Shown: positions 1 to 8,100, numbered from the stretch's first letter. The stretch: DNA of 12,109 bases from Polyangiaceae bacterium (GCA_044222475.1 JBGANF010000191.1:1-12109); one strand, 5' to 3'. The notes: generated from the letters alone by a model not told the origin. Program-made: numbers and translations.

Positions 1-767
1 GCGGCGCTCGCGACGACCGTCGCGTTGACGGAGCGCCCGACGCCGGGAGCGCCGCCCTTGGTCGAGAGACCGAAGTGGCAGCTCGCGATCGCGATGAGGG
101 CGCCGAAGACGACGCTCTTCACGAGACCGTTCACGACGTCCCCGAAACCGAGGAGGCCGCCCGTCAGGCCGTGCAGGAAGCTCGCGGGCTCGACGTTCAA
201 GAGCGCCTTGCTGCAGTACGTCGCTCCGAGGAGCGCGAGGGCATCGGCGTAGAGCGTCATGAAGAACAGCGTCGCCGTGATCGCGAGGAACCGCGGCACG
301 ACGAGGAAGGTGATCGGGTCGATCGCAAGCACGCGCAGCGCGTCGATCTGCTCCGTCACCGTCATGGTCCCGAGCTCGGCGGTGTTGTTCGCGCCGACGC
401 GACCCGAGATCATCAGCGCGGTGAGGAGCGGGGCGATCTCGCGGAGGGTGCCGAACCCGGCCGCCCAACCGACGAGGCCCTCCGCGCCGAGCCGCTTCAC
501 GATGGGCGCCGCTTGGATGACCATGATCGCGCCGGTGAAGAGCGCGGTCACGACCACGATCGGGAGCGACTTGACGCTCATCTTGTAGAGGTTGCGGCGG
601 AGCTCGGAGGTGTCGATCCATCCTTCGGCCCGCCGCCGAGGCACGAGGCGAACCGCGACCTTGCCGAAGAGCACGCCCATCCCGCCGACGACCGCCGCGA
701 CGTCGAACACGCCGCGACCGACGTCGCCCGCGAGGGCGAACACTCCGCGTTCTTCGTCGTCGCTCAC
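1..767 (-). CDS. mlaE: MlaE/YrbE-family ABC transporter permease (3' end outside window)
   Basis: Not in the ORF track because it has no stop in the window. Manual translation from GTG 767 gives MSDDEERGVFALAGDVGRG...LREIAPLLTALMISGRVGANNTAELGTMTVTEQIDALRVLAIDPITFLVVPR...GLVKSVVFGALIAIASCHFGLSTKGGAPGVGRSVNATVVASA, which carries the hallmark MlaE motifs. Confidence 0.93.
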   Translation of the reverse strand, partial: MSDDEERGVFALAGDVGRGVFDVAAVVGGMGVLFGKVAVRLVPRRRAEGWIDTSELRRNLYKMSVKSLPIVVVTALFTGAIMVIQAAPIVKRLGAEGLVGWAAGFGTLREIAPLLTALMISGRVGANNTAELGTMTVTEQIDALRVLAIDPITFLVVPRFLAITATLFFMTLYADALALLGATYCSKALLNVEPASFLHGLTGGLLGFGDVVNGLVKSVVFGALIAIASCHFGLSTKGGAPGVGRSVNATVVASA

Positions 768-773
768 GGGTGC

Positions 774-779
774 ACGATA
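774..779 (-). promoter_or_regulatory. Putative -10 hexamer for a leaderless mlaE transcript
   Basis: The minus strand reads TATCGT-gcaccc-GTG (6 nt spacer), with no Shine-Dalgarno. Confidence 0.42.
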
Positions 780-1079
780 CTACTGAAGCTCGGGAAAAAT
801 CAGCCCGAGGACGAAGTTCGTGGCGAGCGCCGGGAGCGATACTCCGACCATCCACGCAACTCCGAGGGCGAAGCCTTTGATTCCCCAGCGGCGGGTCTTC
901 CAGAAGTGGACGAGCACCGCGATCTGGCCGAACGCGATGATCGCCGCGTCGCGGCTCACCGGCGGCCACGCGCGCTCGCGAAGAGCGGGCTCGAGGGCGC
1001 GCTCGTCCCGGATGACGACGAAGAAGCAGGCCGTCGTCGTGAGCACCCAGTCCAGGACGATCGCGACGATCTCGCTCAC
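780..1079 (-). CDS. Small hypothetical membrane protein (99 aa, 2-3 hydrophobic segments)
   Basis: Fills the gap between the protease stop (7 nt upstream) and mlaE on the same strand. GGGAAG precedes the GTG. Hydrophobic stretches are IVAIVLDWVLTTTACFFVVI, AAIIAFGQIAVLVHFW and FALGVAWMVGVSLPALATNFVLGLIF. Confidence 0.75.
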   Translation of the reverse strand: MSEIVAIVLDWVLTTTACFFVVIRDERALEPALRERAWPPVSRDAAIIAFGQIAVLVHFWKTRRWGIKGFALGVAWMVGVSLPALATNFVLGLIFPELQ

Positions 1080-1086
1080 GGTCGCG

Positions 1087-2757
1087 TCACTTCCCGTGGC
1101 GCATGCCGCTGCGGAAGCGGTCGAGCTCGCCGAGCGGCACGTCGGGGACGGCTTCCATGGGCCAGTAGGCGACGGGCTTGTCGTTGAGCGCGAACACGAT
1201 GTCGTAGTTTCCCACCTTGGGAACGAGCGGCGGCGGGTGCGACTCGACGTCCCCCTTGAAGAGGCAGTTCCACGCGAGCTCGGGGCGCATCTCGAGCTGG
1301 AAGCATCCGTCGATGTGGCCCACGGTGCGGCCCGTGTCGTCGAGGACGTACGCCGAGACCATCACGTTCTTGCCGCTGAACCCGCGCGTACCGCGCGCGT
1401 AGAACACGAACGGCACCCGACGCGGGTAGGTCTTCTGCGCCCAGAAGGAGCCGATGCCGGCGACGAGGACCGGATCGTCCTTGGCGAGCATGCCGACGAC
1501 CACGTCGACGTCGGGGCCTTCTTCGCCGTCCACGTCGTGGGTGTGGAGGGACTCGCTCTCGTCGTCTTCTTCTTCGATCATCACGTTCGCTCGACCGATG
1601 ACCTTGCCGGCGGCATGGACGAGGACTGCGTATTTCCCCTCCTCGGCGCCGGTGATCGATAGCTTCGCGCTCGCGAAGCCGACGCGCTGTTTGCCGTCGA
1701 CGTTGACGACGGACTTCGACGAAGCGACGACGACGCCCTTGGCGTCGCGCGCCTCGAAGCGGACCTCGGTCTTGCCGGGAGCGAGGCCGAAGAAGAGCCC
1801 GACCACCGGAATGGTCGCAGAGTGATCGTCCTCCATGTCGACGGCGTCCGTCATGTTCATCATGTGCGCCATCGGGCGCCCGCCCGGATCGGTCGTGGTC
1901 ACGAACTTCTCGGTGACGAACACGTCGGCGTAGGTGCGCTGGCGCTGCGCGTTGGCGAAGTCGGACAGCGTCTTCTCGAGGGGGAGGGGTTTGCCCTCGA
2001 CGACCGCGTGGAGCTCGGACACGGCGACCGCGCTGAAGATCGGTGACGCGCCCCGATCGCCCATCCCGGTGTAGAGGATCGCGTGGTTCACCCCGGCGAC
2101 CTCCGCCTTGCCGTGGTCGTGGAAGGTGACGACCGGCCCGCCGCTGAAACCGGGATACACGGCGGCGTCGAACAGCAGGAGCTTGGCCGCGCCCATCTCG
2201 ACGACGCCGGATGCGATGCCCTCGGACATGCCCCAGGAGAGCGCCCACGACGCGCGGCCGGTGTGGCCGAGCGCCCACACCGGCTCGCCGACCGTCAAGT
2301 CGTGCTCTTCGAGCTTGAGCGGCGGGACGCCTTCGAGCGGGGTCTTCGGCTTGAGGATGGCGACGTCGCGCACGTCGTCGATCCGGAAGAGCTCGGCGTC
2401 GACCGTCTTGCCGGCGCGCGTCGTGATCTTGAGGTGGCTCGGCGACTGCACGACGTGCGCCGCGGTGACGACGAGCCCGCCGTCGATCATGAACCCGGTG
2501 CCATCGGGCGGCGTCGTGCGCTGGTACGAGACGTCGATCACCCGCTTCGGCGCGTTGGGGTCTCGTCCCATCTTGGTCTCGATCTCGCGGATCCGCTCTT
2601 CGCGCTCCGCCGTGTCGTCGTTGACGATCGCGACCACCGAAGGCGCGACGGCGTCGAACACCTTCTCCGCGGTGGGGCGCTCGGGGGACTTCGCTTGGCC
2701 ACAGGCCAAGCTGGCAATCGGAAGCGCGAGGGCGAGGACGAGGGCGCGTCGTGACAT
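1087..2757 (-). CDS. Lipoprotein with trypsin-like (S1/HtrA-like) serine protease domain and two C-terminal beta-rich domains, no PDZ
   Basis: The ATG at 2757 gives signal peptide MSRRALVLALALPIASLAC with a lipobox. Triad motifs are GTGF..VVTAAHVV (His), DVAILK (Asp) and FDAAVYPGFSGGPV (Ser). Length 556 aa. Confidence 0.88.
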   Translation of the reverse strand: MSRRALVLALALPIASLACGQAKSPERPTAEKVFDAVAPSVVAIVNDDTAEREERIREIETKMGRDPNAPKRVIDVSYQRTTPPDGTGFMIDGGLVVTAAHVVQSPSHLKITTRAGKTVDAELFRIDDVRDVAILKPKTPLEGVPPLKLEEHDLTVGEPVWALGHTGRASWALSWGMSEGIASGVVEMGAAKLLLFDAAVYPGFSGGPVVTFHDHGKAEVAGVNHAILYTGMGDRGASPIFSAVAVSELHAVVEGKPLPLEKTLSDFANAQRQRTYADVFVTEKFVTTTDPGGRPMAHMMNMTDAVDMEDDHSATIPVVGLFFGLAPGKTEVRFEARDAKGVVVASSKSVVNVDGKQRVGFASAKLSITGAEEGKYAVLVHAAGKVIGRANVMIEEEDDESESLHTHDVDGEEGPDVDVVVGMLAKDDPVLVAGIGSFWAQKTYPRRVPFVFYARGTRGFSGKNVMVSAYVLDDTGRTVGHIDGCFQLEMRPELAWNCLFKGDVESHPPPLVPKVGNYDIVFALNDKPVAYWPMEAVPDVPLGELDRFRSGMRHGK

Positions 2758-2765
2758 GGCGGCGC

Positions 2766-2774
2766 ACGCTAGCA
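2766..2774 (-). promoter_or_regulatory. Putative extended -10 for the protease gene
   Basis: The minus strand reads TGc-TAGCGT-gcgccgcc-ATG (8 nt spacer), with no Shine-Dalgarno. Confidence 0.42.
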
Positions 2775-2793
2775 AGAAAACCGGGTCTTTTCT
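2775..2793. repeat. AT-rich inverted repeat AGAAAA-N7-TTTTCT between mlaF and the protease gene
   Basis: Arms read directly at 2775-2780 and 2788-2793. Function unknown. Confidence 0.5.
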
Positions 2794-2796
2794 GTC

Positions 2797-3567
2797 CTAG
2801 AGCGGGCCTTCGGTCAGCCCGTGCACGAACTGCCGCACCCGCGGCTCGGTGCTGGCCTTCGCCTCTTCGGTGGTGCCGTCGAAGATGATCTCGCCGCGGT
2901 AGAGCATGGCGACGCGATCGGTCACCGTCAGGAGGCGATCGAGGTCGCTGGAGACCATCAGCACCGCCGACCCGGCGGCGCGCTGCTCCTCCCGCAGGAG
3001 CTCGAAGATGCGCTGGCTCGTCACCGGATCGAGCCCGGCGGCTGGCTCGTCGTACAGCACGATGGGCGCTCCCAGGATCGTCGCGCGCGCGACGCCGACG
3101 CGCTTCTTCTGTCCGCCCGACAGGTTCGGCGGAAATCGCTCCTCGAACCCCGGCAGGGAGACCGCCTTCATCCGGTCGCGCACGCGCTCGTCGATCGCCT
3201 TCTCGTCGAGCGAGGTCAGCCGTCGCAGCGGGAACGCGACGTTGTCGAAGACGGTCATGTGATCGAACAGCGCGTTGTTCTGGAACAGCATCCCGATCTT
3301 CGCTCGCACCTGCGCGAGTCGGATCTCCGATGCGTCGCTGATGTCTTCGCCTTCGACGTGCACGGTGCCGCCGTCCGGTCGCATGAGGCCCGACGCGATC
3401 TTGAGGAGGACGCTCTTCCCCGCGGCGCCTGGACCGATCAGGCCGTAGAGGCAGCCCTTCGGGATGCTGAGCGTCACCCCGCGAAGGACGACGTTGTCGG
3501 TCGCTCCGGCGCCGCGGAACCGCTTGCTCACGCCGCGGAGCTCGACCCCCAGCGCGGGCTCGCTCAT
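2797..3567 (-). CDS. mlaF: MlaF/Mkl-like ABC transporter ATP-binding protein (switch His replaced by Ser)
   Basis: Walker A GPGAAGKS, Q-loop IGMLFQNNALFD, signature LSGGQKKRVG and Walker B/D-loop VLYDEPAAGLDP are present. The C-terminus PRVRQFVHGLTEGPL is MlaF-type, and mlaE lies nearby. Confidence 0.88.
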   Translation of the reverse strand: MSEPALGVELRGVSKRFRGAGATDNVVLRGVTLSIPKGCLYGLIGPGAAGKSVLLKIASGLMRPDGGTVHVEGEDISDASEIRLAQVRAKIGMLFQNNALFDHMTVFDNVAFPLRRLTSLDEKAIDERVRDRMKAVSLPGFEERFPPNLSGGQKKRVGVARATILGAPIVLYDEPAAGLDPVTSQRIFELLREEQRAAGSAVLMVSSDLDRLLTVTDRVAMLYRGEIIFDGTTEEAKASTEPRVRQFVHGLTEGPL

Positions 3568-4340
3568 CCTGGCTTCTTCACGTCCTCACGCTCGGCTCGA
3601 GCGCGTGAGAGCCGCGAGAGCAGCGACAGGGTGAGCCCGGCGAGGAGCGCGAGCGCGGCGACGGCCACCGCGAAGACGATCTTCAGGGTCGTGGCGGAGC
3701 CGCGGGCGACGGCGATCGGACCGACGTGAGCGAGCTGCGCTTCGCCGCGCGCCGCCGGGGCCGGGCGCGCGATCGTCACCACGTTGACGTCGGCCGGGGC
3801 GAGGTTGGGCACGCCTCCGGCGACGAGGCGCTGGATGGCGTCGGTCGCGAGGGGTGCGGTCGCACCGCGATGCTCGAGGAGCACGCTCGCGGTCGTCTTC
3901 GGCGCCGGCCCGTCGCGCAGCGGATCGGCGGGGGGCACGTTGAGGTGAACCCGCGCGACGAGCACGCCGTCGACGCCCTCCAGCGTCCGCTGGAGGTCGC
4001 CCGCGAGCCCGGCGACGTACTGCGCGTGCTCCGCTTGGGCGCTGGGCACGAGCGCACCCTTGTCCATCGCGTCGAGGACGCTCGTCGTCCGTGGCCGGGG
4101 AAGCTCCTCCTCCTTCATCGCCGCGAGCGCGTGGGCGACGTCGTCACGCGGGACGAGGACGCGAAACTTCCCCTCGGACTGCGGATCGATCTCCTTCGTC
4201 CCGTCGACGCCTTCGCGGTCGAGCGCGACGACGATTCGGTTCGCGTCGTCCTCGTCGAGCGAAGCCGCTACCGGCACGGAGCACGCCGACAGCATGGCGA
4301 GCGTGGCAAGAGCGAGGGGGACGAAAGCGCGGCGATCCAT
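3564..4340 (-). CDS. sctJ: SctJ/YscJ/HrcJ/PrgK-family type III secretion inner-membrane ring lipoprotein
   Basis: The ATG at 4340 gives MDRRAFVPLALATLAMLSAC (lipobox LSAC). Family motifs are LDEDDANRIVVAL, LVPSAQAEHAQYVAGLAGDLQRTLEGVDGVLVARVHLNVP, TASVLL and IQRLVAGGVPNLAPADVNVV, followed by a C-terminal TM helix and charged tail. At 258 aa it is SctJ-sized, not FliF-sized. Confidence 0.88.
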   Translation of the reverse strand: MDRRAFVPLALATLAMLSACSVPVAASLDEDDANRIVVALDREGVDGTKEIDPQSEGKFRVLVPRDDVAHALAAMKEEELPRPRTTSVLDAMDKGALVPSAQAEHAQYVAGLAGDLQRTLEGVDGVLVARVHLNVPPADPLRDGPAPKTTASVLLEHRGATAPLATDAIQRLVAGGVPNLAPADVNVVTIARPAPAARGEAQLAHVGPIAVARGSATTLKIVFAVAVAALALLAGLTLSLLSRLSRARAEREDVKKPG

Positions 4341-4352
4341 CGACCGAAGTCG

Positions 4353-4381
4353 TACCTTCCTTGGCGCGCCGAGGGAAGGTA
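4353..4381. repeat. Imperfect palindrome in the divergent sctJ / CxxC-gene intergenic region
   Basis: TACCTTCC (4353-4360) and GGAAGGTA (4374-4381) are perfect inverted arms around a GGCGCGCC core. Confidence 0.55.
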
Positions 4382-4413
4382 GAGTGCCAAGTTCACGTAA
4401 AGGGAGTCCACGC

Positions 4414-5034
4414 ATGCAACCGCCCCACGGCTACGGCCAACCGCCTCAGGGATACGCACAGCAACCCCAGCAGGGCTACGGCCAGCCAGCCGCGTACGGC
4501 GCGCCCCAGCAGATGATGCCCGGCACCCCCAACGCGTGGCGCGAGGGCGTCCTCGTCGTCACGAACGCCGGCTCGATCATGATCCCGCAGTGCCTGAAGT
4601 GCGGACACGCCAAGCCCGACGTGGTCCCGCGCATGAAGGACTTCGAGTGGGTCCCGCCCTGGGCGAACGTCTTCTACATCCTCGGTCGACTCGGCCGCAT
4701 CATCATCAACGCGCTGTCGAAGCGGGCGACGCTCGCGGTGTCCCTCTGCAACGACTGCGACGGGCGCTGGAAGGCGGCGAAGTGGATCCAGATCGGGATC
4801 ATCGTGGGCGGGTTGGTCGGCATGATCCTCTTCTCGGTCGGCCTCGGGCAGGTGCTTCCCGACCTGGCGGCCATTTTCTTCATGCTGTTCTTCCTCGTCT
4901 GGATCGTCTCGCTGATCGCCGTTCCGTTCGTGATCGTCCGGCCGCGGACGCTCACCCCGAAGCTCATCGAGGGACCCCTCGTGAAGCTCGAAGGCGCCCA
5001 CGGAAACGCGATCGCCGGCCTGCCCGGCAACTAG
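4414..5034 (+). CDS. Hypothetical membrane protein with Q/P/G/Y-rich N-terminus, two CxxC motifs and two TM helices
   Basis: The ATG at 4414 follows GGGAG by 7 nt. It contains CLKC and CNDC, then hydrophobic helices WIQIGIIVGGLVGMILFSVGL and LAAIFFMLFFLVWIVSLIAVPFVIV. Length 206 aa. Confidence 0.85.
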   Translation: MQPPHGYGQPPQGYAQQPQQGYGQPAAYGAPQQMMPGTPNAWREGVLVVTNAGSIMIPQCLKCGHAKPDVVPRMKDFEWVPPWANVFYILGRLGRIIINALSKRATLAVSLCNDCDGRWKAAKWIQIGIIVGGLVGMILFSVGLGQVLPDLAAIFFMLFFLVWIVSLIAVPFVIVRPRTLTPKLIEGPLVKLEGAHGNAIAGLPGN

Positions 5035-5063
5035 GCGCGAACCGCGGCAAATCAACTAAGCCG

Positions 5064-5092
5064 TTGCCCCCGGCGTGGCGGGGTGGTACGAG
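5064..5092 (+). promoter_or_regulatory. Possible sigma70-type promoter for the SNF2 gene
   Basis: TTGCCC-N17-TACGAG with TG one base upstream of the -10. The -10 lacks the final T, so this is weak. Confidence 0.25.
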
Positions 5093-5181
5093 GTGTGCAA
5101 GGTCGTTCCGCGCGTTCGCGTTGAGAGCACCTGAGGGCGCGCACATCCCGCCTGTCGGCGGGCACGCAGCGCGCGAGCACC

Positions 5182-8100
5182 TTGGCCACTCCTTTCACGG
5201 AAGCAGTCTCCACACTCAACGACCGCGCGCTTCGTCGGCTCCTCGGCGCGCGCGCGTTCCTTCGCGGCTACGACTACGTGCGCCGGCACGCGGTCGATGG
5301 CATCGAGATCGGTGATGCGTCGGCCCGGGGCATGGTGCGGGGCACCGAGCCCGAGCCGTACCAGGTCGAGATCCAGCTCGCCCCGAACGGCATCACGTCG
5401 ACCTGCTCGTGCCCGGCCTTCTCGAAGATCAACGGGCACTGCAAGCACGTCGCCGCCCTGCTCATCGCGGTGCGGGACAAGGAGCGACCGCCGCGTCCCC
5501 CTCAGCAGCCGCAGGCCACGCCGTCGGCGCCCGGCCTCACCATGGGTGGAGTGGTCGGTGGCGGGGCGTACGCGTCGAGCGACGGCGGCGGGGGTGGTGG
5601 CGGGCGTCGCAGCCGTCGAGCCCGCGCGCGCGCGCTGAAGCAAGCGCAGCTCGCTGGGGTCGGCCCGCGACCGATCGACACCGGCGCCCGCTCGGGCGTC
5701 GACGCGTGGCTCAACGAGCCGATGCCCCCGCTTCCCAAGCAGCTCGAGTACCGCGCACGGCTCACGAACACCGGCGCGCTCTCGGTCGCGGTCTTCAACG
5801 CGCAGGAGCGCGCGCAGCTCTCTCCGACGGCCCTGCTGGCGCCGCTCTCTCAAGCGCCGACCGCCGACCGCGACGCGCTTCGGCTCCTCGCCCGGCTCGA
5901 GATCGAGCAGGGGCGCCGGCCGTGGGTCGACGTCCGAGGAGAAGACGCTTGCGACCTGCTCGCGCTGCTCAAGGGCCGGCGCGTCATCGTCGAGCCGCAG
6001 ATGATGGAGCTTCGCTTCGGTGACGACGCCCTCAAGCCGCGCTTCGATCTCGATTTGTCCCAAGATGGGACGCAGGTCGTCGTCAAGTCGAGCTTCATGC
6101 GCACCGGAGACCCTCGAAAGTTCACCACCGCCCAAGGCGCATGGTTCGAGGGGAGCCCGGGCTGGCACGTCGATCCTCAAGAGGGGTTCGCTCGACCGAT
6201 CGATCGCCGCGTCTCGCCGGCGAGCCTCCGCCGACTCGTCCTGAAGCCGGTGATCACCGAGCCGATCGAGGCGCTCCCCTCGCTCATCGCCCAGGGCCTT
6301 CCGAAGGTCGCTCTCGAGGTCGGAGCCGAGCTGCCCGAGCTCTCGCAGGTCGCCGACGTGGTCGATCTCGTCCCGACGTTCCGGCTGCGCGCCGGCGGCT
6401 CTCTGACCGAGGCCCACGTGGCGCTGCGCGCCGCGTACGAGGACGTCGAGATCGAGGTCCGCGCCGATGGGATGACCGCGCCGGTGATCGTCAAGCCGCC
6501 GGACGCGCGCGAAGGCTCGCCGGGCACGTCGCCGCGCGCGCCGAAGCGGGCGCGCTGCATCCGCACCGACATCGCGGCGCAGCAAGAGGCCGCGGGTCGC
6601 TTGCGAGCGCTCGGGCTCGTCCCGGACGAAGAAGGGCAGGGGTTCATCGCTCGCGGAGACGAAGCGATCGGATTCTGGACCGACGGCATCACGACGCTCC
6701 CGGAGGACTGGGACCTCTTCGTCCCCGACGACCTCGTCGACGTGCAGGTCCGCGAAGAGCGCCTCGGGGCGAACGTGCGCGTCGGCAGCGGCGTCGATTG
6801 GCTCAGCTTGCGCATGAGCTTCGAGAGCGAAGGCGTCGCCGTCACCCAGGAGGAGCTCGGGCGTTGCCTCGCCGAGGGCCGGCGGTACGTTCGGCTCGCC
6901 GATGGGTCGTTCGCGCGTCTCGATCCCGAGAAGGTGCGCGAGGTGCTCAACCGCCAAGCGGAGATCCTGGCGACCGCGGGCGGCAACGGCGGAAAGCTGC
7001 CGCTCTCGCAGGCGGGCCGCATCGAGGAGCTCCTCGCCCAAGTGAACCGGGCCACCGTCGCCGAGGGCGCGCGCGACCTCTTCAAGAAGCTCAAGGACAT
7101 CGACGAGATCAAGGGCGCGAAGAAGCCGCGCAACCTGAAGGCGCAGCTCCGCCCCTACCAGGAGCAGGGATTCCACTGGTTGTGGTTCCTCCACGAGATC
7201 GGGTCGGGCGGCGTCCTCGCCGACGACATGGGCCTCGGCAAGACGGTCCAGACCCTCGCGCTTCTCCTCGCGGTGAAGGCCGCCGACGAGAAGTCGGACG
7301 ACAAGAAGAAGAAGAAGTTCAAGGCGCTCATCGTGGCGCCGACGAGCGTCGTCACGAACTGGCTCCGCGAGATCGACAAGTTCGCTCCGAGCCTGACCCA
7401 CGCGCTGTGGCACGGCGGCGACCGCAAGGAGCGGCAAGACGAGCTCGACGACGCCGACGTCGTCATCACCAGCTACGCGCTCCTCCGTCGCGACGAGGAG
7501 CTGCTCGCGAAGCTCGACCTGCGCTACGCGATCCTCGACGAAGCCCAGAACATCAAGAACCCGCTGTCGGCCACCGCGCGCGCCGCCAAGCGACTCCGCG
7601 CGGACCGTCGGCTCGCCCTCAGCGGGACGCCGATCGAGAATCGGCTCTCGGAGATCTGGAGCATCTTCGACTTCGTCAGCCCCGGGCTCCTCGGCCCACT
7701 CGACAAGTTCGAGGAGCGCTACTCGCGGCCGATCGACGCGGGCGACCAGAAGTCCGCGCAGCGGCTGCGCTCGACGATCCACCCGTTCATCCTCCGGCGA
7801 ACCAAGTCCGAGGTCGCCAAGGACCTGCCCGAGAAGATCGAGACCGATCAGTTCTGCGAGCTGACGGGCGAGGGCGGCGCGCTCTACCAGGCGGTGCTCC
7901 ACGAGGTGCGCTCGCAGGTCATGGGAGCGGTCGAGAAACAAGGGATGTCGCGGGCGCACATCCAGATCCTCGCGGGGCTCACCCGCCTCCGTCAGGCGTC
8001 GTGCGATCCTCGGCTCCTCGGCCTCCCGCGCGAGTTCAAGGACGAAGACTCCGGCAAGCTCGGCGCTCTTCGCGAGCTCATACAGACCAGCATCGCCGGC

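Noticed and set aside
25..1187. Plus-strand ORFs over the left end, and minus-strand ORFs 10584..11945 at the right end
   Set aside because: They are antisense to mlaE and kinase 2, which the track missed because those genes run off the window.
3564..4340. Flagellar FliF or a complete T3SS locus
   Set aside because: The protein is too short for FliF and has a lipobox. No other flagellar or injectisome genes are in the window.
4375..4390. TGGCAC motifs as sigma54 promoters (here on the minus strand; also at 9883-9902 and GGGCAC at 5160)
   Set aside because: None has TTGC at the required -12 spacing. The 5160 site has only GG-N10-GC and would start transcription inside the gene.
4060..4415. 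Upstream extensions of sctJ (to 4415) and of the CxxC gene (to 4060)
   Set aside because: They would overlap head-to-head. The lipoprotein signal peptide and the Shine-Dalgarno support starts at 4340 and 4414.
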